From contig NW_004797788.1 in assembly GCF_000002075.1 (NCBI RefSeq), forward strand, positions 494,894 to 557,331: 62,438 nucleotides of DNA. The letters are read 5' to 3'. The position numbers were made by a program, and so were the translations under genes. The stretch is from Aplysia californica. Its lineage: Eukaryota. Under the pieces are notes generated by a model that saw nothing but the letters and a program-made list of their open reading frames with translations, was not told the origin of the DNA and did not search any database. Positions 25,534 through 38,096 of this stretch are shown here, piece by piece; position 1 is the first letter of the stretch, and the number at the start of each line of letters is the position of its first letter.

Positions 25534-25764
25534 ATGCCAGATCCTGGTCGTCATGGCATCGGGTTGGGTGATACCAAGACTTCAAGTATGACTACAGGGA
25601 ACACAGGGGGGACCTCTAAAATTTTTCCTTCTGTCACTGGTGGTGGAGGCAGAGGAGGCACTTCAGGCCGAGGAGCATCCAATTTGACTGTTCGAGGAAG
25701 GGCCACTGGTCATACACCTCAAGCTACTGGTGGTAACGTAAAGCGGAAGCATTTAAAGAAATGA
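25534..25764 (+). CDS. PARP14-like gene, probable terminal exon (Gly/Thr/Arg-rich tail with basic end)
   Basis: tgtctccag|ATG in phase 0; MPDPGRHG...GGGGRGGTSGRG...NVKRKHLKK*. AATAAA at 25817 and a GT-rich tract near 25850 follow. An internal donor G|gtaacg at 25732 cannot be excluded. Confidence 0.6.
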   Translation: MPDPGRHGIGLGDTKTSSMTTGNTGGTSKIFPSVTGGGGRGGTSGRGASNLTVRGRATGHTPQATGGNVKRKHLKK

Positions 25765-25816
25765 AATTCAAAGTCAAGCTCTTGAGGGAGCAAAACGTTC
25801 ATCTTTTAACCCTTCT

Positions 25817-25822
25817 AATAAA
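25817..25822 (+). terminator. Candidate polyadenylation signal of the plus-strand gene
   Basis: AATAAA about 50 nt after the stop codon, followed by a GT-rich element (ctgttgtgtgcagtgtttg). Confidence 0.45.
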
Positions 25823-26610
25823 TCAGCTAGGTTTATCATAATAGAGCTTACTGTTGTGTGCAGTGTTTGAATTGAACTCTTTTTGATGCTGTTTAACCTT
25901 TGTGAGATGATATCTTTGTAAAAGGTGGTTACCAACCCCATCTCGAGGCAGGGATACTTTTTTTTTGGCCTGTTCCCATCACTATACCCTCATTGTTTTG
26001 CTTTTGTGTGAATTAACTTCCTTGGAAACAGAATACATAATGTTGATGGTGGGGCACAAGGCCCTCAGGATATGAGAAAAGAAAAAAAAAATCAGTTGTG
26101 AACCCATGGATAAAACACCATTTTATAAGTATCTCTCATTTACATCTGAAATTACATATTTCTTTTTACATTTTACCACCTTGGTCTGCTCTACACCCCA
26201 TAACTTTTATCTTGTGGAAACGGAGTGTATGCGGAAGGTATGGCTTCAGACTTGCATATATACGTAAATGGGTATTTTCAGTTGGACATGACCACAGACA
26301 TTTTTGTGTTTGGGTGTTTAGACTAGACAGAGATGGGATTAGTTATCACCAATTACCTGTATGTAATTTTGCAAAGTGATTCTGTACTTTTCTATGCAGC
26401 TTTTGTATTTGTCAAATTATCCCAGTTGGTCTGGGTTTAGTCTTTTAAAAAAAAAGATTTCCCTCGATCCCATAGTTTTCTGTTGACTTGCTTTGTTGAA
26501 TGACCATGCATAAATGTAAAATATGGCAAATTTTGCTGAAAACAAAATGCATCTTGTAAAATAACAAGAGTTTTAGAGTAATGTGTGCATTAAACTGAGA
26601 CTTCAAGATA

Positions 26611-26789
26611 CAGTGGAAACCATATATAACGGGCCCGGTAATAACAGGGATCCGGTTATAGCAGGGATGAAAAAAATCCCCGTTTTTTCCTACTCTTTGT
26701 CTCTTTTAAAAGTTATCGGCAATAACAGGGCCTCATCAGAGCCCAACCGGTTATAGCAGGGACAAAGGCTCGTTAACAATGTGTAAAAA

Positions 26790-26846
<57 letters not shown>

Positions 26847-27433
26847 TATGGAGCAAGCCCACACAAGCCATGCCACTGCAAGCACACGCAGTGTGTGAAG
26901 CGAGAGTGGACTGCGGTGTGCTGCAGACCTCGATCTAGCCCGAAACCTAGCAACACGCACGCGTAATGTGTCACCAACGATGTCAAGCGCAAGAGAAAGT
27001 GCCTTTCAATTGACAAAAAATTCGAAATAATCCAGGCTGTTGACAAAAAGCAAGCTCCACTGGCAGAGATTTGTCGTCAGTTCGACATTGCACAAGGGTC
27101 GATTCACATCATTATAAAGGATAGAGAGAAGATAGTGGCAGCATACTCCAATGGAAAGTTTGCTCTGGATGGAAAGAAGATGAGACTACCCGATGAAGAT
27201 GCTGTGGACCAATCTCTTCTGATGTGGTTTAAAGTTAAAGAGGCAAGGAGAAAATTGATGCCAAGACCTCTGTTCGTGGGTACTTGTGGCAAGGGCAACT
27301 ACCCCTGAATAATATGTGCAGCTGGATTAGTCCACAAATGCTTACTTTCCTTGCATTTCTGATGTAACAGGGATCGGATATAACAGGACATTTTCTCTAC
27401 ACCCACCATCCCTTTTATATCAGGTTTCCACTG
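26611..27433 (+). mobile_element. pogo/Tigger deletion derivative retaining the CENP-B/psq-type HTH coding region
   Basis: TA|cagtggaaacc ... ggtttccactg|TA. 26979-27308 reads KRKRKCLSIDKKFEIIQAVD...AEICRQFDIAQGSIHIIIKDREKI...VDQSLLMWF without stops. Confidence 0.9.
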
Positions 27434-28591
27434 TAATGTTTTATGAGGCTCCCATCTGTTTATTTATGGGTAGAAATATTTCACCTTGAGAAAATGTTGA
27501 TGGCCTGACTGTGCTCCACAGGGAGTTCAAAAGGGCCAGAGAGAGAGAAATATTTCCTTAGAAAAAAATATACCCTAGGTTGGATAGTTATTCTGTTCAC
27601 CATAATCTCAAAATGTGATTGTTCTTGTCTTTCTCCTTGCACTTTGCTTTGTAAATTTGCTAATAGCACCATGGTACAATGAATTATTTCCAGTCTTTTG
27701 CAGGTCTCTTTACAGTTGGGAGGGAAAGCTTTGGGGAACCTCAGTGCCTTCTAACTCTAGAGATATTTTGTGCGTATTACATGAATCAATCAGTTTAGTG
27801 GAATGAACTAAAGAACCGATTGAAGAGAGAGGGAGTCTTAGTAGAATCTTTTTTATACCACTCTTCAACAAAGTTCTCATAGTAAGACGAAAACGGACTA
27901 TACTTTTTCATCAGCCTGATATTTGTTGAGATATTTATGTCATTTTCCTGTTGTTCATCCCTTTCCATTATTCTTAACTATTGTGAGGTGCAACATTTTA
28001 CCCAATTATAAGGAACATTTTTAAGCGTCTAATGTGAATGCATTGGAATTGCTGTTATGAATGACAAATAGGCTACTCTTGTAATCCACAACTTGTTTGA
28101 CATAGGCTTCACATTCTGGTGAAATCAGGCGGTCATCATAATAATGAAATTAAATTTAAACAGACATTTTTCTGCCTTTTGGGAAATTTTTATCAATTTT
28201 TTTGTTTTGGGCTCAACACCTTTTGGGTCTGAAAAACACATTCCCAGGGTGGATTTTACTGGAAAACGTTGGTAAAGGGCAGAAGAAATGTAAATTTGCT
28301 TTTCCCAAGGTCACTTCATCTTTAGAAGTTCCCAAACTTTGGGGAGCATTTTTTCCACTAGTTTCACCTCTGACTCTGACACCAGTGACCCCCACCTCCA
28401 TCAATTGTAAATATATCTCAACTTTTGGTTTTTATTTGAGATTGATGGGTATTGTAAAAATTAAAAGCAAGGCAAAGTAATTTATTATATAAGCATTAAG
28501 AATATACCAAAACTCGATATGCCCAAAAATTGACAAACACCTGATTACATCGTGTTGTGACATAAGTGACAAATGTATGTTTGTTTTTTTT

Positions 28592-30758
28592 GTTTTTGTA
28601 AAGTGTTTTACGGCGTTCGCAACTGCATAGGTCATATGAGCGCGCGGGACACACCTAATATTTTCAGTAGGGAGGAAATTTTTGAATTTTGCCCGGGTGG
28701 CGGCGGAAGCCTACTCTTATCGATTTTAGACCACTAAGGGATCTTTAACGTACGCAAATTGCACACGGGCCCTCCGAGATTTTTCGCCCTTGTCCGAGAA
28801 GGCTAGGTGTAGATCTTTCCTACCAGAAGATCAGGGGTGTGGCAGAAAGACAGCAGTAAGGAGGAGCCAAAGAGTAGCAGTAGAAAGGCTGCAGAAAGAG
28901 TCAGGACTGCCGTCGTAACGGAAAACGACGAATGGTCCTGCAAGGTAGCGAGGCAAATTTTTCAGGAGAGGCAAAAACTTGTTTCACTTTATAACTCTTC
29001 TTTTTTCCACTCTTTTAAGCTGTGATTCACCAGATATCTGATTGAGATGTTCCTAAAGCAGTTTCTAGAGTTTGAATGGTTTAGGTTAAAAAGTAGCAAA
29101 GTTATTCGACATTCGTCGTTCTCCCTTACACTGCGCACCCGCAGGTGAGCCTTGCGATGTAAGCGAAAACGACGAATGGTACGGTTCGTCGTTCTCCTTT
29201 ACACTCGTGAACTTTTATGGGCGTAGGCGATGGTCAGTTGTGACGCATTATTGACAGTAATGACTGTGTACTGGTTACTACAAATAAAAATAAGACGAAT
29301 ACAAACTAGCTATTATGCGTATAAAGTTAGGTTTTTGTTATATCAACTGTAACTCGGTAAACGTCCCTCGTGTCCCTTCCTTGGTTAAACTACACAGTCA
29401 GTGTACAAATCAGATGTGCACACATTTTCAGCAGCTTGATTTAAAACTGTCTCATTCGGAACCAAAGTTTGGTTTCCATGATATATCTTTACTGTATTCT
29501 CTTCAGAAGCGAGTTTTACTTTTATTTTCGCTAATTGCAAATATTTCCCTGCACGACCTAAGGGATCAACAATGTTACAATGTCAATAATACAATCAGAT
29601 CATTGCAAAGTCAAACTTTCAAGTAAGAATGTAACAATCTGACAAGACTGTATCACACACGCTTTCGGGAGAGGTAATGGGACGCTTTGTATTTAATAAA
29701 GGATTCAGTTGATCGGATCGGAAAACATACCACAAAGTAGAGATCGACTGGAACGGTTTGAATCTGCAAGACATTATTATACTCGATCGTAACGTCCATC
29801 AAGTCATAAAAAATCGTAAAGCAAGACTAAGTGTCGCCACAATACCTCCACTTTTTAAGTTGGACAAAGAAATTTACTCTCATAACCCAGTGTCATTAAT
29901 TGCTTGGTAATTCTATAATGATGTCGACCAGTGACACGTGCTGGACAAATTGCGGCACTATAGCCATCGTTGTGATTTGGGATGTCAAATGACTGGACAG
30001 CAAAGTAACATGACGTTAGTCAGTGAACATCTGGCGGACACTAATATGCAGTGCTAATAAATGTCTCCCTAAATACTGTTTTGACCGCCCCATCCCCACC
30101 CCTTTCCCCCTGTTTCCATCCGTTTTCCCCTCTCTCCCGCCTGCTCTTGTCAATTCACACCATCAGCATAGGCCTAATACGTGAAGACAGACAGAAAGAC
30201 ACACTAAGAGATACATTCTTATAAACCATCGACGGTACTCCGGTGGAGGGGGTGGTGGTATGTTTGTTTGCTAAAAAAGCCTAATATGTTTGTACTGACG
30301 CAACAGTGACCACTTGTCATTCGTCGTCCATGCCGAATTTGCCCAATGGCAGAGACCAGGGGACAACGCCGAAAGAGCAGTGATCCTTGACCGATCGACC
30401 ATTCATCGTTCTCCCTTACACTGAGCTCTGGCTTGGAGCTCGCCAGTGTAAGGGAAAACGACGAACTCTCAATTACGCAACAACGGATTAAGATATGACT
30501 AAAATTTTTACACCATCAGATGCAGAATTAAATACTCTATGAAATATGTAAAAATACAAAAATCGGGCAAAGGAGGTGAGGGGGGTGGGGGCAGATAGTG
30601 GAAATGAAAGCAGACAACAGAACATTGCTAGAGAGCAGGAAAGGAGGTGAAAGGAGACAATTTTAGAGAAGAAAATTTTTCGGTCGCTACCCGGATTCGA
30701 ACCTGGGACCTTTGAATGAGAGGCCAACACCTTAACCTCTAGGCCACGAGAGCCCCCC
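28592..30758 (-). mobile_element. Family B SINE split by an insertion (SINE parts 28592-28909 and about 30566-30758)
   Basis: The two halves join to reproduce 24478-24995; tRNA-like head tggcctagaggtt...ggttcgaatcc. Confidence 0.8.
28910..30486. mobile_element. Unclassified non-autonomous DNA transposon with subterminal repeats
   Basis: Imperfect ends ccgtcgtaacggaa / ttacgcaacaacgg; the motif aaaacgacgaa(tg) recurs in both orientations near both ends. The right end may extend to about 30565. Confidence 0.6.
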
Positions 30759-30831
30759 AAATGTATGTTTATAGTTTAGGTATTCTTTATGTTGCTGTAA
30801 GTAGGTTATAATATTGTTGTGTGTCAAAATA

Positions 30832-31907
30832 CAGGATGACCAGAAAAAAATCTTTCCAAAGAACCCTGATAAAACTTATGAAAAAAGGTACAAATACCAG
30901 ACACCTGGAACATCAATCTTCACTTATTATGCATTTTGACAGTCACAAAGTTACAAGATAATATGTTCCAGATGCCTCCTATTTTAAGTAAGGCACATTC
31001 TGACGCACTGAGTGAAATTGACAATCATGCGTTGATGCTGCTTGGAGGAAATCTTTTTCATACTCTCTGTGAAGGCTTCTCTTAAGTTCTGAATACTTTT
31101 GAAGTTTTCCTACACACTTTGCCCATCAAACATCCGCAAAGGCGAAAGTACGGTAGACTTGGGTCCAGACTGTCTGGGGTTCAGTTGTGCCCAGTCCCAC
31201 AACTGTCTGTCCTTTTACCAGAGTGTTTGCTGATCCAGCACACAATAGAATAGAGACATGAGATGGAGCCTCATCTTGTTGAAAGAGCTGGGTCTTCTTC
31301 CTTTATGATACTTTATCTCCACCAAAGTCCCAAGCTTCTCTTGAACTTTGTTATGATGATACCGTTTTGTGAATCAGAGTTCACTGTAACTTTGTAACCG
31401 GATGCTGATTGAGAAAGAAAAATGGTCTCATGATGCTTTGATATCTAGTTGCTGTTCACACAGTAACCTTCTGATCATGCAGGCGTTTTTTGTGAATTTA
31501 AATGGCTTTGCTGATCCCAAATAAACATAGTTTTTGTAACTCACATAGCTGTTGATGTAGAAATGGGCTTAATTAAGAGAACCAGTCAATGTATATAAAA
31601 GTTCCATTCTAATACATGTCTACTCTCTGGCATCCATGTTTGCATCGGTAAACCATTGGTGAACTTTGATGTTGTACGGCTTTAGGCCCAAATCGTTCTT
31701 CAATATATGTTTTAGTAGATTCTTTGGGAATCTCAAACTCAAGACTATGACACCACTTATTGGTTTCTTTGGTGCTTAGATCACTGAACTGTTGTGCAAC
31801 AGTAATGAAATAGAAAAAACATAATCCGGATGTATGCTCTATTTGTTCTAACTTCCTTTGAATTTCGGTGTAATTTTTTTGGACAAACTTTTTTTCTGGT
31901 CAGCTGG
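30832..31907 (-). mobile_element. Decayed Tc1/mariner-superfamily element
   Basis: TIR-like caggatgaccagaaaaaaa / tttttttctggtcagctgg with TA flanks; remnant FQQDEAPSH and a C....G.HLEH-like transposase C-terminus. Confidence 0.7.
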
Positions 31908-33441
31908 TATAATAATATATATATATGAATTCTCTTGAATGAAGTTGAAGAGCAATAAATGGAAAGTTACCTGCAATGGTTAATTATTTATGTAAAAAGT
32001 AAATTTCACTGAAGATGATGTCGGGAAGATACAGAGAAGCGTCAATTTAATGCAAAAAAGTCATCTTGTCATTATCAGTTTCGCCAATTTTTTCCCCAAA
32101 TGAGAATAAATTCAAAAGTTAGCAATGTCACCATGCAGAGTTCATGTATTGTTATACAAAAGCAAATTTAATTTGATCAGAATTAAAGTGCCAAGTCCCA
32201 TGTGTTAAATTGTCTCGATTCTTGTTTGCATAGTTAAAATGTGTATCTGAATAATAAAATAATAAATTACACTTTTATTTGTCCCAGAAGGACAATTTGG
32301 TTAACAATGGCACACATACATATAGGCAGCGTGGTGGAATCAGGCTCTCGTCAAAATAATTAAAGTGAAGAAACCTGCATTTTTCCGCAGGTTTGTGAAC
32401 TTTAATCAAAGTTTTGTTTTTTGGCTGAACACCTTTCATGCCCATGAAAGAACTCATTTGTGTGAATTTTTCTGAAAAACGTTGATAAAAGGCACAAAAT
32501 GTAACTTTTCAGTTACCACGGACTCTTAAGCTAAGGAAATAACTAATCTTTGACTGACATTTTCTCACTAATTTTACTTCTGAAAACAAGTGACCCTCAC
32601 CTCCTTCTTTCGCAAATATCTCGACTTGTATTCAAGATAAATGGATATTTTTTAAATCCAAAATAAAGACAAGTGAACAAGCTTTTAGATGATATCAATA
32701 ACTCTACAAGCCCAAAAATTGACAAGAGCCTGATTCCACCATGCTGCCTCACATATATATAAATACATGTGGGAGGGTGATGGGGGCTCAATTGCGAATG
32801 GCATGTTGTTTGGGACCATAAGTTGATGAATCTTAAAACATGTTTTAACCTTCATATACTTTGTGATTCTTGACTGTGGGCCAAGTGTGAATGGTGTGAT
32901 GAGTGTCTGAGAGATTTTAATTTGGTTTTTATACATGATTGCTTTTTTAGCCCAATTTCACTGTGTTTTTAAAATTTTCTAATAACCAACTTTATGTTTC
33001 ACTTTTTTTGCAACCCTGATTTTTATTTTTAATTACCATGAATTTGATTGACATGAATTTCAAGGCTATAGTGATTATGTTATTATTACTAATAATGATA
33101 TAATTACTGGCTGTACTTCAATAAAAAACAATGTGTAAAATCATTTATTTTTTTTAGAGCATATTGTATTGGAGCCCCTTGATGTCAATCTCTTTCAAAT
33201 TCTTGTTAGGGTTGGGGAATATTAACAGCTATCTAACTGAGATGGGAGCTAATTGCCCAACTGATCGTTTATTTGTCCATAGAAATAAAAAGCCATCTGC
33301 ACTCCTTATCCCCCATTTTTTTTTCGACCTTACTCTTTTCTTGCTTATCTGTGGGTCAAGGTTTCAGTCTAGGTAAAAATAGATGTCCGAAGGCCACACT
33401 TTTCCCCGTCTTTGAAAGAACATACCATAGACTTTATTGAA

Positions 33442-34147
33442 CACATTACACCCTAAGGGCCTGGACGGGAAGTCCATTGTTAGATCCTAAGCAAGGGGAA
33501 AGAACCCACCTCCCATGAATATAGGCCTTTAAAAAACACATTTAAAAATACTAAACAAATTCCAAAAATCCTGAAAAAATAAAAGTTAAAATAACTTAAA
33601 ACGAAAAATGAATGTAGTTTCAGAAAAATATAACTTTATGTATGCGCAAACTGTTGGAAATGTTCTAACTTTAGTTCAATCGGGGTGTCCGACTAGTCAC
33701 TCTCAGCCTCGCGATCAGGCCCTAGATCTAAATTCTAGATTTTCTATGTCTGATCAATCGGAACCGCCCCAAACTCTTGCTACGTTTCCATCAGAATCTA
33801 AGTCATCTGATTTGTCATATATGCTTGTTTTTGATCAAATCCATTTTTATTTCCTTTTTCGAACTCAATTGTGTCGCTTTTCAACAAGTTGAAACACCTT
33901 CGAAGTGTTGGTAACGTGATCGCACTTCGTTCAGCTCTAATACTAAAACTACAGGCCCGTAAAATTTCGTTTTGGTATCAAACGAAAGAAGAAACTTTTT
34001 GCAATAACTAAGCAAATCAAAATCTCGGTCCCAGAATCTCGTCAAGGCGAGACTTCGTTTCTAAGACGCTAGGTCAGAGCGGGCGGTTCCGGGCGAGTCA
34101 GGATGGAGTGCGTAAGGGAATTCCCGGGCGAGTTAGGGTGTAATGTG
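33442..34147. mobile_element. piggyBac-like non-autonomous element
   Basis: TIRs cacattacaccctaa / ttagggtgtaatgtg; flanks tgaa and ttaa. Confidence 0.72.
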
Positions 34148-35800
34148 TTAACATGAAGATGCTTAACTTAAAATTCCTGGTGCCTTGAAAGGATTTCAAA
34201 TCCCTGCGAGTAGTTAGGGGGTGCTCTAGTGTGGTTTGCTCCTTCTTTCCTATCAAACATCGATCGTTTTTATCCCTTCTTCTTTTCTTTGTACGTTACT
34301 CTCTTGTAACACCCTTAAGCTTCAGCTCTTATATGAAAGACCTATTTGTTTTGTGTTGCAAGTGCCGTGAAGCTCTTTACCACATGTAAAACAAGGAATC
34401 AAACTCTCCAAACGAAAAGGTTTTGGTGCATATCTTCCGCAGCCGTTATTTTATTTAGGGAAATTGTATCACAATTCTTCACACCATTCATTGATGAGCT
34501 GTCCATTTTTTAGCTTTTGAGAGAGTCACATATCTGCCATAAGCTGATAAAACGCCTTTTAAAAAAAATTCACAGCAGTTTCAAGATAAAGAGGATTCAT
34601 TCAAAAACTAGTCACAGTTTAATTTCTATTTTTTTCACACAAGAAGGGTAACTGATCAGGCTTTCAGTTTAGCAAATAAACAAATTTGGCACCGAAGGCA
34701 TTTTGTCAGCTTACGGCACATATGCCCTTCTGGATACAATAGGTTATTTCTAAGGCAGACAAGTGATTAAGAATTCATGAACAAATGAAGGGGAAAAGAA
34801 GGAAAACAAAGAAATATGTTCATGAAAATTATAGACATTTTGTACAGTTCCTCTATTTACTATTACTGTATAATGGAAAAAGAGGCTAGTTTGCTTGGTT
34901 GTAACATTGAGAAAGAACAGGTATGGTCTTTTAGTGCTGAGTAAAATTGAGACAGACAGCCGGACAAAAAATAAATTAGAACTAGACATCAAAAGAAAGT
35001 TTTCATGAATCCCTTGCCTGCCCAGTCAACACCAGATATTACTTACTGATAATGATATTTACATCAATAGTTTTCATACCCCCCTCCAGATTGGAATTCA
35101 TTTTACTATGATTTTTGCAAGACAGAATAGTATGTACACCATGCTGTCCCTCCAGCTTCACCACAATAAAGTTCATCAGTAATTCGTAAGTTTTCCTTCT
35201 GTGAAGTAAGCAAACTAGGAATAAATTCCAAAACATTTCAAATTGACAAACATGCTTTACATACATGAATGCATACACACTACACACACAGACTACACAA
35301 ACAATTCATGTACAATGAATCAACAGAATTTGAGGGGGGGGGGGGGGACTCAACAATAGACCAATCAGGTAAGTTCATACCTTATTTGGGCTATATATAG
35401 ACAGGCTGTGTAGAATGAACACACTAGTCCTTCTATTTAGTATCTCAACTGACGATCGAAAGCAAATACATGCCTGACAATGGGTTAGAAATACTAATAT
35501 GTACTACTATGCACACAACTCATCAAGGAGTGAAAGATGAATCGGTGTACAAATGAGTATACACATAATATCTATCTATACATAATATATATACAGTCGG
35601 GCATGGATAATTCAAACATGTTCGACACATCCATAATTTGGGTAAACCGCATGGGAAATTCAAGAGATATCAGTCGAGGAATGGCAAACTGTACGAACTA
35701 TCCATTACTCAAGAGTTTTCCTTTTCATGTTACCTCATATATATATATATTTATACAAAATATTTTGGTAGAACAGGATGCACAAGTCTCATTGAAAGTA

Positions 35801-36511
35801 CAGTTGAACCTGCCCTGACGGCCACCTCCATAAGACTGCCACCATATTTAAACACACAACCCCTATCACACAAAGCAATAATACCCGTCTTAGACGGCCA
35901 CCTTACCGCGACTCCATTACGTTTTGTCATAAATTACATTGGCCCCTGGCGTTGTGGGCGAGCCGTCATAATTCAATCACCTGTCGTTGTTGTTAAGTAG
36001 TCCCTCCAACCGATCATGTTGCGTAGGCCCCTACCATGGTAGACCAATAGGTAACAATTTTCAGCTGCTGGTGAGGTAAGCATGTGATCCCTCATAATCC
36101 ATAAGCCCCGCCCAGAACTCATGCACAAATCGTAAGTGAGATGAGTGGTCACTGTTTACCCAGTCTGTAACAAAGTAACAAAGGACGTCAACATGAACCC
36201 GTGACAGAAGCGTCGCTCGTTCTCCGAGTTGTGGCGACTCATGAGTTTGTTTCAACATGGCACTCGGTCTTCCTCGTCTGATACATTTCGTTTTATTGTC
36301 ACCCTTGCGCAAAATCCGCAACAAAATAACAAACAAAATACATGTTCAAACCAACAACAAAAACAACAGCAATGCGGCTACTTTCGATTGGGACCTCAGA
36401 TGGGAATGGTTTTTTTTTCCATTTTGATAAGTCCTGCCTAAGACGGCCACCTGTCTTATACAGCCACTTTTCTCCTTGACAAATGGCGGCCGCCTTACAC
36501 AGGTTTGACTG
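35801..36511 (-). mobile_element. Second copy of the Tigger-like element, internally deleted
   Basis: TA|cagttgaacctg ... caggtttgactg|TA; the body is the reverse complement of 3615-4419. Confidence 0.85.
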
Positions 36512-37989
36512 TAATACCGATACCGCTCAGATAAGTTTTACTGTCAGTACAATATTCTTACTTGCTACTGTTAAGAGAAAAACAAAGGGCAACTTTGTCT
36601 ATAGTAATAGTAATACTAAGGTATTGAGTTTCTTACAAATAAGATTTTATAATCCTCTATGGCATAGCTCTATGTACTTTCTCAGTAAAATTCCTTATGA
36701 TTCACAAAGTCAAACTAAAGAGATCACGAATGTAGGAACATTATAATTAAATAATTGACACACAATTTAGATCATATGAGAGGCGGGCGGCAAAACGCTG
36801 CCTGTAAGGGTCAACCCGAGCTGAGAAGGATACAACTTCTCAGCAGACAGGTACGAATTACTGAATTTAAAAAAGCCTCTTCATAGGGGAATAACTGTCT
36901 TCTGCGTGTGACAAACTCAATTATTAAAACTGTGGAGAACATTTGTCACAAACTCATCCGCTAGCCCAGCAGTAGAAAAACAACTACTACAGATGTCTTG
37001 GCTTTCCCAGTCCTTCCTCAAATCTTGTATACATTACCCAAAGAAAGCCTCTCGATAAAGTAAAGAGAAGCCCAGCCCCCCCCCCCCCCCCCAAAAGCCC
37101 ACTGTTTGTTTTGAGAAACCATCCACTACATGACCAGCCTTTCCACAATGAGTGAAGTGTTACATCAAAGAAAGAGGCTTCCACAAGCCATTGGGGATAC
37201 CCGGCGCTGACAAAATTAAATTATCTCTAAAGAGCACTGCAAATGGCCCAGAGTGCACACAGTTCCTATACTGCTTATGTGTAGGCACACATCATTTCAT
37301 TGATTTCACTCGACACTTCTACTATGTCATCACACTTGGCCGGGAACAGGGGAAGGAGAAACCAGGAATGATAGTTTGGTTAAACTGCATTAAAACTGCA
37401 GTGGTAATAATGATTCGCGTAGTTTTATGAAGGAGAAGGTCAAAACCCAACTTAACCATGTGAGGGAAAAGAGTAACACAGAGCATAACTTTCTAGTCTC
37501 ACACTCAGATGCACACACATTTTCACTTCAGCACTTCAACTAAGCAGTAAGGGCTTTGGATGGATAAATCTTTTTGGACGTGACTCATACCCAAATGTAC
37601 AAAGTAAAATGCTCAACGAAAAGACAGGAAGCCTTTTCACCCTGTGGGTAACATGTTATAAAGCTGGAGCTAATTCTTTTGATTTTCAGATATTGAAACA
37701 TTTTCATGTCTTTGATTCCAAATTGAAAAAAAAAAAAGGAGAAATTAACAGATACCAGCATAGATGCAGTGCCTGGAATCAGATCAGAAGTGCTGTTGGT
37801 GTCCTGATCAAGGTAAAAAAGTAAAAAGGAAACATGCATCTTCATCAACTCTATTCTTGTTTTCAACAATCCTGTTCAGGAACCTGGCAGTACCCTTGCT
37901 GCTTTCTACACATGGAAGGGAATGATTGTGCTACTGGTCATTTGACAGTTGGTTACATTCAGGTGACGGTCACATTAATACCACCAAGG

Positions 37990-38096
37990 TCAAGGCATTG
38001 TCGCTTTCATCAGCTGTTGGAGACGGTCCAGACGCTCATCAATTTCGCTGATTTCAGCAGACCGGTCAAAACCTTCGCTGTCATCCTCCTCTCCCC
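37990..38096 (-). CDS. CCDC61: CCDC61 terminal coding exon
   Basis: GGEEDDSEGFDRSAEISEIDERLDRLQQLMKATMP* matches the conserved C-terminal EIDARL..LQ.YM helix. The joined model is 1755 nt and in frame. Confidence 0.92.

Noticed and set aside
27704-27798. Alternative terminal exon GLFTVGRESF...NQSV* of the plus-strand gene
   Set aside because: Phase-compatible with the 25732 donor, but there is no homology or other support, and it would not supply an ART domain.
30685-30758. tRNA gene (A and B boxes)
   Set aside because: It continues into a repeated body also found at 24478-24995, so it is a SINE head.
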